Under the pieces are notes generated by a model, which worked only from the letters and a program-made list of their open reading frames with translations, did not search any database and was not told where the DNA came from. Shown in pieces: positions 18,197 to 31,400 of a stretch of DNA of 53,046 nucleotides. The translations under genes were made by a program, and so were the position numbers. The stretch's first letter is position 1. Each line of letters begins with the position of its first letter. The DNA lies in IMG/VR virus record IMGVR_UViG_3300032117_001271, positions 1-53,046 of that record. One strand, given 5' to 3'. This DNA comes from a virus. Its lineage: Duplodnaviria > Caudoviricetes.

Positions 18197-20748
18197 ACGG
18201 TTATCCTATCGTCTCTGAATATAAGGTATTTATCGCTTGTGTAACCGGTGACAGCAGAGATTGTAAATCTGTCTACGGTATAATCTAGCGTGTTAAAATT
18301 GAACCCGCTAAATTGGATGTTTGTTAAAATAGTGCTACTTGTACCTGGTTTACAGAAGCAAAGTGGTACACACAGCACATATCCTAGTTGAGCTTTTTCG
18401 CCGGATGGTATACTACGCATCCATAACGGTAAGTAATTGCGTTCAGTTAACCCTACATTACTTAATCTTTCTTGCCAATTAGTAATACTACTTGGGAAAT
18501 ATGTATCGGTATTTGGATTACTAGCTTGGTATCCGCTACTATCTACTGTAATTTCATACAAAGGTCTTGCATTTAGAATACTTTCGTCGACAGTAATCGT
18601 ATCTGATTCGGTACTGTTAGTTTTAAAACTTAAAGGTAAATGTTTGCCGTTTCTTTCTAACGGATCTATCATTTGTACATATACAACTTCGTAGATACTT
18701 TCTCCGGTAACAGGATCAACAGCGGTAGCAGTTTTTAATTCGCCAAATTTAAATTGTTTGCGTTTAAATCCCAATCCCATTGCACCGACATAGGCCGCGG
18801 CCACTTCGGTTTCAATCCCTGCATACACTAACATTGTTAAACTAGTCTGTACTCCAAAATTTGGATCACTAATTCTGTAAACATCACTAGGTGTAAAGAT
18901 AGTTGAATCATTAATAAATGCCTTCCATGCACTACGTTGTGTTGGTGCTAGGAACGGTTGTGTTGTAATGTTGCTATAAGGAACACTATTAGGCGCACTT
19001 AATGAAATTGTAAAAGTCTTTGGTAAAGAACTATACTGATATTGATCACTAGCAGTTACAGTAAAGGTATAAGTTGTATCTACAGTTGTTTCACCGTAGT
19101 CGAATACACACGTACCGCCGTCAAATGTTGTTAATCCTAGTTCGCCAGTACTTGGATTATAATACTGATTAGGTGTTCCTACAATTTCGCCATCTAAACT
19201 TAGTGTTAGTCCTGGAGGTAAACTTCCGCTAGTCAGTGTATAAAGAATAGTGCTGTTAGGCACATTCGTAGTTGCAGTCACACGTAAATTTGAAATGTAT
19301 GCGGCAGGAATAGTTCCTAAATTATTAGGACTAGTCCATGTAATTTGACTGGTAACACTACCAAGAACTGTAATTGTAAATGTTTTATGATTTACAACTT
19401 CGTCGTTGACGTTTGCACTTAATCTTGTAGCAGTGATAGTAAATGTATAAACTTTAGTGATAGCTGGTTGATAAGGAACTGTACCATATACTTCACCGGT
19501 GTTGATATCAAATTGTGTACCTTGGGGTAATTCACTTAGGGTACCAATATAAAATGCTATAAGATCTGGCAAACTAATTGCCAATGGGGTAGAAATTGTT
19601 AATCTATAATAACCATCGTTTAAGTTTGTAACACTGGCAATCTGATATGTTTGACTAGTTGCATTTTCAACGTAGTTATCGAATGTAAAATATTGTCCAA
19701 TACTCGGAGTAGTTGACAAATTTGTAACAGTTACGGTATAACTTCCAGCAATATTATCAGCCAATGACACACGTTTTGTTACAGCATAAACTTCACAGTT
19801 AGTTGTTTCTAAACGAAATAAAACATCTGTGTTGTCATATAGTAATACTGGAACTGTTAGATAATTATTAGCTCTAAAAATACCTAAACTAGTATCGCTT
19901 AACCAAACTGGTGTTCTTAAAAATGTGGAGTCTGCTGTAAAGTTACCTGCAAAGCCGTCATAACTTGTACTGTCTGCACGGAATTGATCACTACCGATAA
20001 CAAATATACTGAATACTCTTTGTGCAAATGCAACGCCATCTGTTACAGTAACTCTAAACTGATAATTTGCATTTAGACTTTTTGGTAATGTACTTGGCAA
20101 ATTGTAATCAAAGAATACATCATCGTATTGATAGCTATCAAAACCATCAGTAGGAATTAAAGCAAAGTCAAATCCAGCATTATCGTAATATGCTTGGTCA
20201 AATTCACCAGTACCTGCTTCTGGGGTTAAGATTAGTTGTGGTTCGACGTATCCGCTAATTAAACCTGTATTGCTTAGTGTAAGTCCTTTTGGCAATGCAC
20301 CGTCGCCAGATGCAATAAAATATTTTAAATTACTACCCAATGCTATGTTAAGATCGAACGCTTCGATTTGATAACTGACGTATGTGCTATCCAATGCATA
20401 TAATTGTTTTGAAGGACCAATTGGAAGTTTTCCAGCACTGGTTAAAAATGTTGGAGGATTTGTTCCATTTATTTTTAAATTAAATGTGCGGTCAGCAAAA
20501 TCCGTACCTTTAGTTGCTCTAATACAAAATTGATAATTTGTTGCACTACTAACTGCAAACGGATTTCCTTTAATATGATTACCGACAATTTGTAATCCGC
20601 CAGGCAAACTACCCGAAATTACAGAGTAAGTTACACCGGTATCATTAACAACCGGTAATGCAATATTCAACGCAACTTGTTCTAAAAATGGTTGCCCATT
20701 ATTACTAAATGTGTATCCAGAAGGTTGAGTCCAGATTGTTAATGGCAT
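18193..20748 (-). CDS. Baseplate-like structural protein with putative Ig (He_PIG-type) repeats
   Basis: Repeated SGSLP.GL.L...G.I.G.P and YTFT(I/V)TA motifs. Confidence 0.75.
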   Translation of the reverse strand: MPLTIWTQPSGYTFSNNGQPFLEQVALNIALPVVNDTGVTYSVISGSLPGGLQIVGNHIKGNPFAVSSATNYQFCIRATKGTDFADRTFNLKINGTNPPTFLTSAGKLPIGPSKQLYALDSTYVSYQIEAFDLNIALGSNLKYFIASGDGALPKGLTLSNTGLISGYVEPQLILTPEAGTGEFDQAYYDNAGFDFALIPTDGFDSYQYDDVFFDYNLPSTLPKSLNANYQFRVTVTDGVAFAQRVFSIFVIGSDQFRADSTSYDGFAGNFTADSTFLRTPVWLSDTSLGIFRANNYLTVPVLLYDNTDVLFRLETTNCEVYAVTKRVSLADNIAGSYTVTVTNLSTTPSIGQYFTFDNYVENATSQTYQIASVTNLNDGYYRLTISTPLAISLPDLIAFYIGTLSELPQGTQFDINTGEVYGTVPYQPAITKVYTFTITATRLSANVNDEVVNHKTFTITVLGSVTSQITWTSPNNLGTIPAAYISNLRVTATTNVPNSTILYTLTSGSLPPGLTLSLDGEIVGTPNQYYNPSTGELGLTTFDGGTCVFDYGETTVDTTYTFTVTASDQYQYSSLPKTFTISLSAPNSVPYSNITTQPFLAPTQRSAWKAFINDSTIFTPSDVYRISDPNFGVQTSLTMLVYAGIETEVAAAYVGAMGLGFKRKQFKFGELKTATAVDPVTGESIYEVVYVQMIDPLERNGKHLPLSFKTNSTESDTITVDESILNARPLYEITVDSSGYQASNPNTDTYFPSSITNWQERLSNVGLTERNYLPLWMRSIPSGEKAQLGYVLCVPLCFCKPGTSSTILTNIQFSGFNFNTLDYTVDRFTISAVTGYTSDKYLIFRDDRITV

Positions 20749-20764
20749 TAATTATGCTCCATTA

Positions 20765-22129
20765 TTAGTTTCTGTACCAAGTAGTTGTACTTGCACGATA
20801 TACATATTGATATACTGTTCCTGATGTCACGTTATTAGTACCTGTAAATGGAGGTATAACTGTTGGACCGGCAGTCATGTTAAGTGTTGATATAGTATTA
20901 GATGCAACGGTAAAGCTACATAGTTGTTGGTCAACTGGACTTGGAGGCATAGTTACAGTTACAGTTAACCCTGTAGCACTTACTACTAGCACATTGTAAC
21001 TGGTTGTAGTACTCACTGCATACGTATTTGTGCTACCAACTGCAATGAAATTAACATTTCTTAATGTTAATCCAGATGTCGATATGTTAGTAAATGCCGC
21101 AGTTCCAGAAAACGATGGTCCATTGTTAAAAACAATATTACCGCTACCAGTTGCACCAGTTAACGTAACACCGCCAATAACAGGACTACCTGTTAACGAT
21201 GGCGAATTTAATGTAGCAGTATTTGAAAATACTAAGTTACCTGTACCAGTTGCGCCAGTACTAGTTATACCTTCTATAGTAGGATGTCCAGTTAACGTAG
21301 GAGCACTAATAGTAGGACTAGTAGCAAAAACAAGACTACCAGTACCGGTAGGATCTGTCATAATGCTGTACAATCCTAAACTAGTAGTATTGGCAAATTG
21401 TCCTAGGCTATTTCCTAAAGATGCAATAGTACCAGTTTGTGGTAATGTTAATTGAGAATTAGCTGAAACAGTTAATGTAAGATTATGGCCACCTGATAGT
21501 GTAAGGTTACCTGTTAACGATAATTGATGATCCTTAGCGTCTTGAATAGGATCGGAGCTAGTGTATGTTCCAAAATTAATCTTATTGTTGATTAAAGAAA
21601 ATCCAGATCCAAAATCCCAGCTATATCCGCCACTACCACCACTTGTGTAAGTAACAACAGGATTAGTTTCGTAACCAGTTGGAGAATTAAATGTACCCAT
21701 ATCAACTGTTAAGTTGTTGGTATCCATTAATAATTCTAATAATACAGTATCAACACGAGGATCATATCCGTATACAGTAGTTTTTGTATCACCGCCAAAT
21801 ATGTAATGATTGTTTAAATTGATATTACCACCAGCAGTTGGGGAAGTATCGTTAGATAATTTTGTACTTGATTCTAAATTAACGGTTGTACTTGTACTAG
21901 TAATTGCAACGCTATTACCAGTACTAGTTAGACTTTTAAATTCTAAGTTTAATAAATTCTTATCGGCCCAAATGCCAACACCTGATCCTACGTTTGTCGC
22001 GCCTGCGATTCCAGAATCAGTTTGTAATAATGCAAAATTGCTGTTAACTTTGTTAAATGCGGTACGTAAGTCATCTCCTGTGCCATCATTTGCATACGAT
22101 CCGATGTTGATTGTTTGAATTGTTGTCAT
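20765..22129 (-). CDS. Tail fibre/baseplate protein with a T4 gp9/gp10-like N-terminus
   Basis: TINIGSYANDGTGDDLRTAFNKVNSNF; repeated TG.G.LVF...P units. Confidence 0.75.
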   Translation of the reverse strand: MTTIQTINIGSYANDGTGDDLRTAFNKVNSNFALLQTDSGIAGATNVGSGVGIWADKNLLNLEFKSLTSTGNSVAITSTSTTVNLESSTKLSNDTSPTAGGNINLNNHYIFGGDTKTTVYGYDPRVDTVLLELLMDTNNLTVDMGTFNSPTGYETNPVVTYTSGGSGGYSWDFGSGFSLINNKINFGTYTSSDPIQDAKDHQLSLTGNLTLSGGHNLTLTVSANSQLTLPQTGTIASLGNSLGQFANTTSLGLYSIMTDPTGTGSLVFATSPTISAPTLTGHPTIEGITSTGATGTGNLVFSNTATLNSPSLTGSPVIGGVTLTGATGSGNIVFNNGPSFSGTAAFTNISTSGLTLRNVNFIAVGSTNTYAVSTTTSYNVLVVSATGLTVTVTMPPSPVDQQLCSFTVASNTISTLNMTAGPTVIPPFTGTNNVTSGTVYQYVYRASTTTWYRN

Positions 22130-22151
22130 ATTTGCCGCTCTCTTTTAGTAT

Positions 22152-22415
22152 TTACCAAGTTCCGCTTGGATATGTTTGTCGCACCCAAATATTAGCTGTT
22201 CCTGTGGTATAAGATGCTGTGCAATAGTAGATATAAGTTCCATCGAACGCCATCATACCAGCAGTATCTCCAGATTTACCTATACTGTGTGTAGGAGGTG
22301 TGGTCTGAGGATACAAATCATTAAAGTTGTTGTTTACTTTACTGAACGCAGTACGTAAAGGATCGCCTTTGCCATCGTTGGCTGTAGTTCCTAAATTGAT
22401 TGTTTGTTGTGCCAT
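22152..22415 (-). CDS. Miniature protein with a gp9/gp10-like anchor
   Basis: TINLGTTANDGKGDPLRTAFSKVNNNFNDLY followed by a domain of about 50 aa. Confidence 0.75.
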   Translation of the reverse strand: MAQQTINLGTTANDGKGDPLRTAFSKVNNNFNDLYPQTTPPTHSIGKSGDTAGMMAFDGTYIYYCTASYTTGTANIWVRQTYPSGTW

Positions 22416-25400
22416 TAATTTCTCCCTACAGCAACTTCAATGATTCCGGCTTCACCGTAATCTTTATCTTCTAGTGCCTTACCAATGATAGCACCTAGTG
22501 TTGGATTTAGTGCTTTAACAGCATAACCAGCTGTAGCACTTGTTGTTAACATGTCGCCTTTCTTAACACGACCAACAACCTTACATGGAACACGTCCGGC
22601 TAGTGCAACGAGATTTTTCAATCCTGGACAATCGCTATACATGACATAGGCCGCTTTTTCTGTGCTACTTACGACACCAGCTAATGCTGTATCATTGATA
22701 GTTGTTGTAGTAGTAATTTCTTTATCACCACCAAAGATAACAACAGTACCAACATCATACTCTGCATCGCCTTCGTAGTATTCTGCCAAGTCAGCTGAGT
22801 ATGTGGCAATCATTGTAGATCCACCAACTAGACTAAACTGTCCTTCGAATGTTGCCTTACCATATACACTACCAGCGTTTCCTGTTCCGCCTGGAGCAAC
22901 AGGGTTACTACTTGGGTTGGCACCACCAGCAACTATTGAGTTAACAAACAAACCACTACTTGATGATGTGTCAATGTAACCACCTGAACCAAGTTGGATA
23001 GTACCACTTGGATTAGATGAACCGCTTACACTCATGTATTGCCAGTTGTATGAACCTGGGGTAGTAAAGAATACACCAGTTGTACCACTTAATGACACAG
23101 TTGGATAACTGTTTAAATTCAAACCAGCAACGTCGATAGTGCCATCGGTACCAGTTTGAACAATACTACTTGCGGCGTGTGGATTAGAACCACCCGACTG
23201 TGTAATATTTGTTGTTGTGTAATGGTTACCTAATCCAGATACTGTCGAACCGTTGAATGTTCCTGTTGAAACACTACTAACAGTCATAATACCTGTTGAA
23301 GTAAACCATTGGTTAGTAACAGCATTACCGTTTGTTACAATATTAGCAAACGAAATTGGTTGTGGATATGTTGGATTTGCATTACCAGCAACACCTGTTA
23401 AATTACCAAGTACTGTACCTGCCGACATGAACTGTAATGCAGTTTGCGGAATACCAGTTTTGTAATTACCTGTGCCATCTCCGTTAGCATTAGAAGCATT
23501 TTGTAAGTTTACCCAACCGTTTGTTTGTGTAAACACCGCACTATTGAAACTTGCTAGGCCGTTTGCGGCCTGTATCTGTTGCGGAGTTCCTGTAGGATAT
23601 GAGCTTAGTGTAGTACCATTACTAATTACAGTTGGACTTGCACTAGCCGCAGTACTTTCAACAGTTGTTGTGTAAGTAGCGCCCGGAACATTTAACAATA
23701 ACTTACTTTGTTGGATATTAGCAGTACTAATAACCATTGAATCAACAATACTATTACTATTAATTTCACTAGTTAACGAACCACCAGCACCGCCATTATA
23801 ACTGATTGAAACACTATTACCAATGATTGTACCGTATGCAGTTAATGAACCACTTGAGTAACTGTTTGCAAATGACACACTACCTGCACTTGCGGCAGTA
23901 ACAGTAAAGATACCATTGTATGTAATTGGTACACAACCAGTTATAACTACAGTTGACCCAATTGGAAATAGTGTTGAACCTGAAGTGTAAGTAATTGTTG
24001 CAGTACCGGCAGTTGTTGAACCGCCAGTAACAGCCGAACTACCAGTACCTTGAGGAACTAAAATATTTCTCCAACGACTTGAAGTCCAAGTAAATCCACC
24101 TGAACCGCCTGTATAGTTTGCAGTAACAGCAAAAGTAGATCCATCTAATGCGGCACTTACTGTGATATTATTACCAGAAATGCCTGTAATATAATAAGTT
24201 CCGTTAGTTACACCACCTTGTGAAGTACCGGCAAATATAATAGTATCACCAACTTCTAATGTTGAAACAGTACTATTTGCACTTGCTACTAAAGTAATTG
24301 TGTTCACACCTGTAGCAGTTGCTGAAACATAACCAGTAGTTGTATCGTAAACAAGAATATTTCCAGGTACTGGATTATTGATGTTTACATCTTTTTGTTG
24401 TGCAAGATAGTTAATTGCATCAACATACTGTTTGTTTGTTGCATCAGTTGCATTGATTGGCAATCCAACGTTGTTAATAGTATTATTACCCAAGTTCAAG
24501 TTTGCACTCATTGGCAAAATACCATTCAACGGTAAGAAACCTGGTTTAATTAAGTTAGCGGCTGATACAGGAGCACCACTTTGTGTTACACCCAAACGAT
24601 AATCGACGTAACTTCGAATTGCACTTTGAACTGGAACAATACTTGTCGAGTTATCGTTCATTGTTGCGTCAGTTGAGAACTGAGTAACAACAACACCTTG
24701 TTTAAATCCTAACCCGGACAAATTACTCAACGCAATTGACGCTGAGAATGTAACAGTACCAGTACCTTGGTCAACTGTAAAGAATCGACCTACACGGAAG
24801 ATACCATTTTCGTCTGTACTTACATAGAATACACGACCCACAGTTTCTTCTAATACTTGGTTAGCAGGGTTAGCAGACAATGAAGGTGGTCCGTAAATTG
24901 TATTTGGATAGTTAGTTGTATTATAACCACCGGTACCGATACCTAAGAAGTCGTGTCCTGTTACACGGCAAGTACTAATATTAACAATAATTTGTCCAGT
25001 AGTACCAGCACTACAACCCACACGAAGTGAATTGTTTGCAGTTAAACTAAATGGTCTACCAATACCTAGTGTTGAACTAGAGCTTGTAGTTGTTTCTAGT
25101 GCTACATAAGCTGTGCCAGTGAATGATCCAGGATTACTTGGATATGTTAAAACAATAGTGTTTACACCAGTGTTAGTTGTGCTAGTACAAGGCCATGTTC
25201 CATTGAACAACGGATTACTGCTACCATAGACACGATAATAAGAACCGTTAACTACATTCATTGATGCAACAGTAAATGTTACAGCGTATGTACTTGTTCC
25301 TGAACCCGATGCACTTGCGGCACTAATTGCAAATGGAGTACCAAATGTAAACGCAGTAGCACTAAAGTTCATAGTACCAGTAGCAGTTCCAGTTGATAAC

Positions 25401-28400
25401 GGACTGAATACTGTGCCGTTTTGTGTTCCACTGATTGTAATAGAACCAACACCTACACTTAAAATGTAGTAAGGTGTTCCTGACACAAGATTACCCAATG
25501 CACTTCCATTTACCGGAGTAGTAAAGATAATTTGGTTGCCAACAGATAATCCAGAAGAACTACTTAATGTAATTACATTGCCGCTTGCCGCAACAGCAGT
25601 TGCAGTTCCAGTAATTGTATTAGATAATGTAGCAGGATATGCAACAGTAACTTGATTTACTGTACTAATTGCATTACCTGTTTCTGCGGTAATTGTCTGA
25701 CTGAATACAGTATTGCTTGATAATACTGCAAGGAATGTAGCAGTACCATAACTTGCTGTAACAGTTGGAACACCAGTATATCCAGTACCACCGTTAATTA
25801 ATGTTAGTAACGGACCGTTAACATAACCATTAGTTACAGTAGCAGTAGCAGTAGCTTGAACACCGCCATTTCCTGGAGACGCAATAGTAATAGTTGGAGC
25901 AGTTGCATATTCACCAGCACCAGCATTGATAACTTGAATACTTGCAACAGTTGTTGGGAATTGAGCAGTAATGTTTCCACCTGATGGAATCCAAACTGCT
26001 GGACTTACAGTAAATGTATAAGTGTCTAAACTTACTGATTGAACAATACAGTTAGGAGGAATAATAGCATTAGGCGTTGTACTAGATACAATCATACCTA
26101 CTGCTAATCCAGCTGTACTTGGAACTTGAATAGTTGTAACGCTAATTGCACCAACTACTTGTACCGGTAAATTAATATTATACGCATTTGTATTATTAAA
26201 TGGAGCAGATGAGCTACCACTAATTGTTAACCAGCTGTCTACGGGAGGTAAGACTGGAGTTGGAGCCGCATTGGTTTGTGTATTAGGTACATTATATGTT
26301 ACAAATTCATAACTAGTTCCATTTACACTTGTTTGTGCTCCTGCAAAAGTTAGAGCCGCAGGAGTTAAACCGTTAGACGCTAAATTAAGTGTTGAGTTTG
26401 GATCAATAATTAAATAAGCATTTGATGCAACAGGCAATCCTGTTACTGAACTTACAACTTGTGAGAAGTAGATAGTACCAGTTTGAGTTCCAGCAATGTT
26501 AGCTGTAGCACTCAATGTAATGGTTGTTTGGCCTGTTAATGAATTGTATACAGGTGTACCAACAACAGTTTGACCAGCAGTATAACCGCCGCTACTATAA
26601 ACTACCATTCCAGCAATAATAGTTCCGCCTACACTAGATACTACCAATGTAGTTGGGCTACCGCTAGTTGATGTACCACCGCTTACATAAGTTGCAGTTG
26701 CAGTTGATAACGGTCCAACATAACCCGTAATTCTGTGAACACGACCACCCCATGTAGTTACATATGATCCGTTATTGATTTGACTGATAGTTGCACTATT
26801 TGCAATAGATGTGATAGCAATCTTATTATCGCCAATAGTTGCACCTTGTGTGTAGTTAGTGAACCAAATTGGAACACCTGCCACTGGAGGTGTTGTAGTG
26901 TTTGCGGCCTTGCTTAAGGTAACAGTATAGTTACCGCCACTTGGTCCAGATACAGTTGCAACAATGTTCCCGTTTAATCCTAAACCACCAACTACTTGGC
27001 CAACAACTGGTGCTGTTGACATTGCTACAACTAATGTATAAGTTGGGCCAGCACTTACAGTATAGCTAACACAAGTGCCTTTTGCATATCCAGAAGAGTA
27101 TGCAGTTGGATCAGCGTTGATAACGTTTGCTGGGTCACTAGATAATTGGAAATAGTTAAATGAACTATCTGTTTGAATAATTGAAGTAGTTAGTGTCTGA
27201 GCTTGGAATGTATATGTTTGTCCAATAGGATTCGATCCAGGCGGACTTGTTAATGTAACTGCATAAGTTGTTCCACTTACTAGTGTTACAGCATAGACAG
27301 TATATGTACCATTTAATCCAGAACCAGTTACTAACTGGCCTATTGCAATAGTTCCAGTAGGGTTAGTTACTTGAATAACAGAACTTGATGTACTACCTGC
27401 AGAAACAACAGCAATGAAAGGAGTTCCTAAACCAACTAAAGTTTCACCTGTTGATTCGCTTAGGTTATAAGTGATAATACGATAGATACTTGCTAAGTTA
27501 CTTGAATATTGTAAACTTGTACTTGGTCGAGTTGGATGAACTGTTGCAACATTCAATACTTTCTGATTTTGAAGTACACGAATAGTTACTTGTTGTCCGT
27601 CGTAAACAGCATATTGTAAACCGGTAGCACTTGACTGACCAGTTGTACTAAATGTCAGTTGTAGTACATCCTGGCTTGTTCCGTTAACTAAAACTTCAAT
27701 GCCAGTATGTTGAATTGATGAAACTAGATATCTTGTAACGCCACCGCCTTGTAACGTATGGTCAATCTCAACTTCCGAATTGTTGTAAGGAGTATATTTG
27801 TAACCAGTTACCCAAATGCTCAATGCAGGAACACTACTAGTTGGGGTCATATAAGACAAAGTAATACCTTGTTTGTAAATTCTAGCAGTTTGCACTTGGT
27901 CATTTGCAAGAGTAACAATGTTTGGCAACTGTGTTAAATCGTAACCAGATGCACGTAAACCATAGTCACCTTGAGCGTTTGAACCAGCTACAGAGCGAAT
28001 TTGAGCACCATTCAATGCCCAATATGCAGTATGGCAATAGTATGTAAATGTTGAAACTTGTTCAGTTAAACCGTTGTTAGTAGCAAGTACACCATAACCC
28101 AAGTCGTTAACTTGTGTAAAGTCGTTAGCCAACATACTACGGTTACCAGCAGTTTCAAAATTGATTAGTAAGTTGCCACCATTAGAAATGTATGTTACAG
28201 TTGGTGTTACTAATGCAGTTGAAGCATTGCCAGTAATAGTTGTAAAGTCGGTGACAAGACCTGATGTTTGACTTGTGTAAGTAGGAACATTTCGAGTTAC
28301 AGAACCCCATGAACCAGAACTTACATAGCTACTCAATTGACTTACTAGTGTAGAAATTCTTGAAACTTCAGTAGAACTTGCCGCAGTTAAGTTTGTAATT

Positions 28401-31400
28401 TGAGCAACGTTATTACCAGCAGTTGGAGTAACTGGTGTGTTTAATAAAATTGCTTGTAGTACTGTGCTTAGACGAGCATAAGAGGCAACACAAATTGACT
28501 GTGTACCAGTTAATAACGATGTACCACTACTATAAAAACTCATAGCAGTATCGTAAGTCATACTGTTACTGTTACCACTTGAGTTATTGTACATGATGTC
28601 ATAAGTCAATGCATCGATGATATAACCAATATCGCGTTGTGATTTTGCGGCACTATAGTATGTGTTTGTACTTACATTGTAGTTTGCATTAATCCAAGCA
28701 GTAATTTCTTGTTGTACGAATGCTTTGTTTGCTTGTAAGATATTTTTAGCATTAACTTGGTAAGCAGTATTATAAGAAGTTGTTACTGGAGATGTCCAAG
28801 TAATAGTAGGAACTGCGGCAACACCATTGTTAAGAATATTAAGGATTGTACTAATATTATTTGCAACAGATGTTTGGCCGTTTGAACTAACACTTGGGCT
28901 AGTCAATCCAGCAATTAATGATCCAGTATAAGATATAGACTGTAACAACAATGCTAATTGTAAACCAGTGTAAGAATACTGAGGTTGTAATAATGTTAGA
29001 GCTTGTTTAACACTTTGATAATTTGTACTAAACACGTTATCATATGCCAATGCATTGATAAGATTGTTTAAAATTGTCTGTAATGTTGAAAAACTTCCAC
29101 CAAACGCAGTTAATGGATAGAATGGAGTTGAATTATCTAATGTAACAGTTACTTGTGGAACACTGAATGTATAAGTTCCAGCGGCTTGTGCAATTAAATT
29201 AGTAGTCAACTGAATTGTTGTACTGCCTGCTGTGTAATTTGGACTTACGTATGTCCAAGCAGGTACTCCAGTACCAGTGACTAATTGACCAGCAACAATG
29301 TTGTTTGCACTTGCAACAACAATAGTACTTGCACCACTTGCACCGCCACTTACATAAGTTGTTGTTGCAACAGTTACACTTTGTGAATAACTTGCAACAT
29401 CGTTAACTTGATAACGAATACCTTGAATAAAGAAACTGCAAGGTACTTGTGGTTTACGAACATCTAAACCAGTGTTAGCTGAACCTTGTACAGTTAAACT
29501 TGTACCGTTAGTACCAGATGCATTGGCACCAATGCTAATAATGTTACCATATAAACGACCAGAGAAACCGTCAATAAACTGTCCACCAGCAAATCTTGGC
29601 TCATTAATACTGCCACTAAAGCTAGCAGATTCTTGAGCATATGGTGATTTGGTCTTAATCTGCCCTTCGGCATCAAGTACCATCATGAATCCACCATGAC
29701 CTTGGCCGGTAATCAACTTAACGCGAGTAGCATCGTTTACCAAGAACATATCGATTTGTTTGTTGTTCAATGGTGTTGAATAGAAGTTACTTGGGTCGGT
29801 CAAGTAATGACGTCCATAAGGTAAACCGTTGTACAAGTGCCATGAACCGCCTGCTAGTACATTTGGACTTACATTAGAATTTGCAAAAGGATAACCCTGT
29901 AATACTGTACAATATAAAATATTACCACTAACGTTAGTAACAACAGCCTTGGCCGCAGTACCATACGGGTCGCTAGTTGCTACCATTAAGATTAAACCAA
30001 TCCAACTTGTTAACGCATTTGTTGTTGACAAGGTAGCTGTAATATAACCTGTTGTTGCACTGATTGTAATCGAATCACTAGATGCATAATCAACACCGCC
30101 GCGATTTAAACTTGGGAAGTTGATTTGTCCAACTAGTAAGTTATCAACAACAACATCTCTGTAGAAGAACGCACTACGCCAGTTACTTTGACTGATACGA
30201 TTTAACGGACGAATAATTGTACGACGGAAGTCATCGCCGCGAATTGTAACGTTTGCTGGAATCTTAATTGGGAAATCTTCGTAGTAAATACCGCTTTCTA
30301 CAAAAATAGTAATATTAAGATTAGCAACTGTTTCGCCAAAGTCTAATGTTTCGTTAGCTACAAAGAAACCAGGCTGTGTCATCTTAACATAGATAGTATC
30401 ATAGCTTTGTGTAGTACCAGGTGTGTATGAAACAATAACACCTTGTGCTCCACTAGTTCCGCCGATTAAAATCTTACCTGGAAGAATGTGTACGTCGCCT
30501 GGAGTACCTTGGTCAACGTAACCGCGACCACCGTTACTAAATTGAATTTGATATAGTCCATCTCCATAATTAGGAGTAGCAGGCGCACTACCATAACCAT
30601 TAGTAATAATACTGTAGAATGTGTTGTAGTTTCCAGTAATGTTTGTTATTGCACCAACTGCCGATGTCTTTGTAGAATCATAAGGTGTTTGTGTGACAGC
30701 TGATTGATAACGTAATGCTTGTGTTTGATTTAACACTTGTAGCATCAATTGAAATGAAAAGTTCAGACCATCTAATGTTTCTACTCGTTGTGTACCAATT
30801 GCAATAGTTTGTGCAGAAGCATTTTTATAATATGCTTTACCAGCGTTTACACTTTGGAAGTTAGCTGTAATACCAGCGTTTGAATCACTAGTAATAGCAT
30901 CAATAACTAATGCATCAACCAAATAGCCAACATCACGATAGCATAGCGATTGGTTGTAGTTAAATCCGCCAGTGTATTTTCCATTTAAGTAACTTACAAC
31001 TGAGCTAGCAATGGTAGCATCGTTTGATTCAATAATTAAGAATGCAGGATAAAATTCAACATTGGTGTAACTTAATACGCTTGGGAGTGCAGGAGTTGTA
31101 CTACCTGAACTGTTAATAATATTTTCAGCAATAGTTAGCAATGCACCAATTTGAGTAGAAGCATTGCTACTACCAGTAGAAGAAGTTTGTGTGTTCGTAT
31201 ATGTATATCCAGGAACTAATCCTAATACACCAGAAATACTTTGACCAGAAGCAATATCAGACACAACGTAAGACATACGATTCTTAATAGTCAAATACAT
31301 GTATGTAGCTTCTGTGCTTCCACTTGTATATAACAATGCTTGTTGTGCCGCAAATACAGTTGCCGCAGTTGAATTAACATTGCTATTTGTATATGTTATA

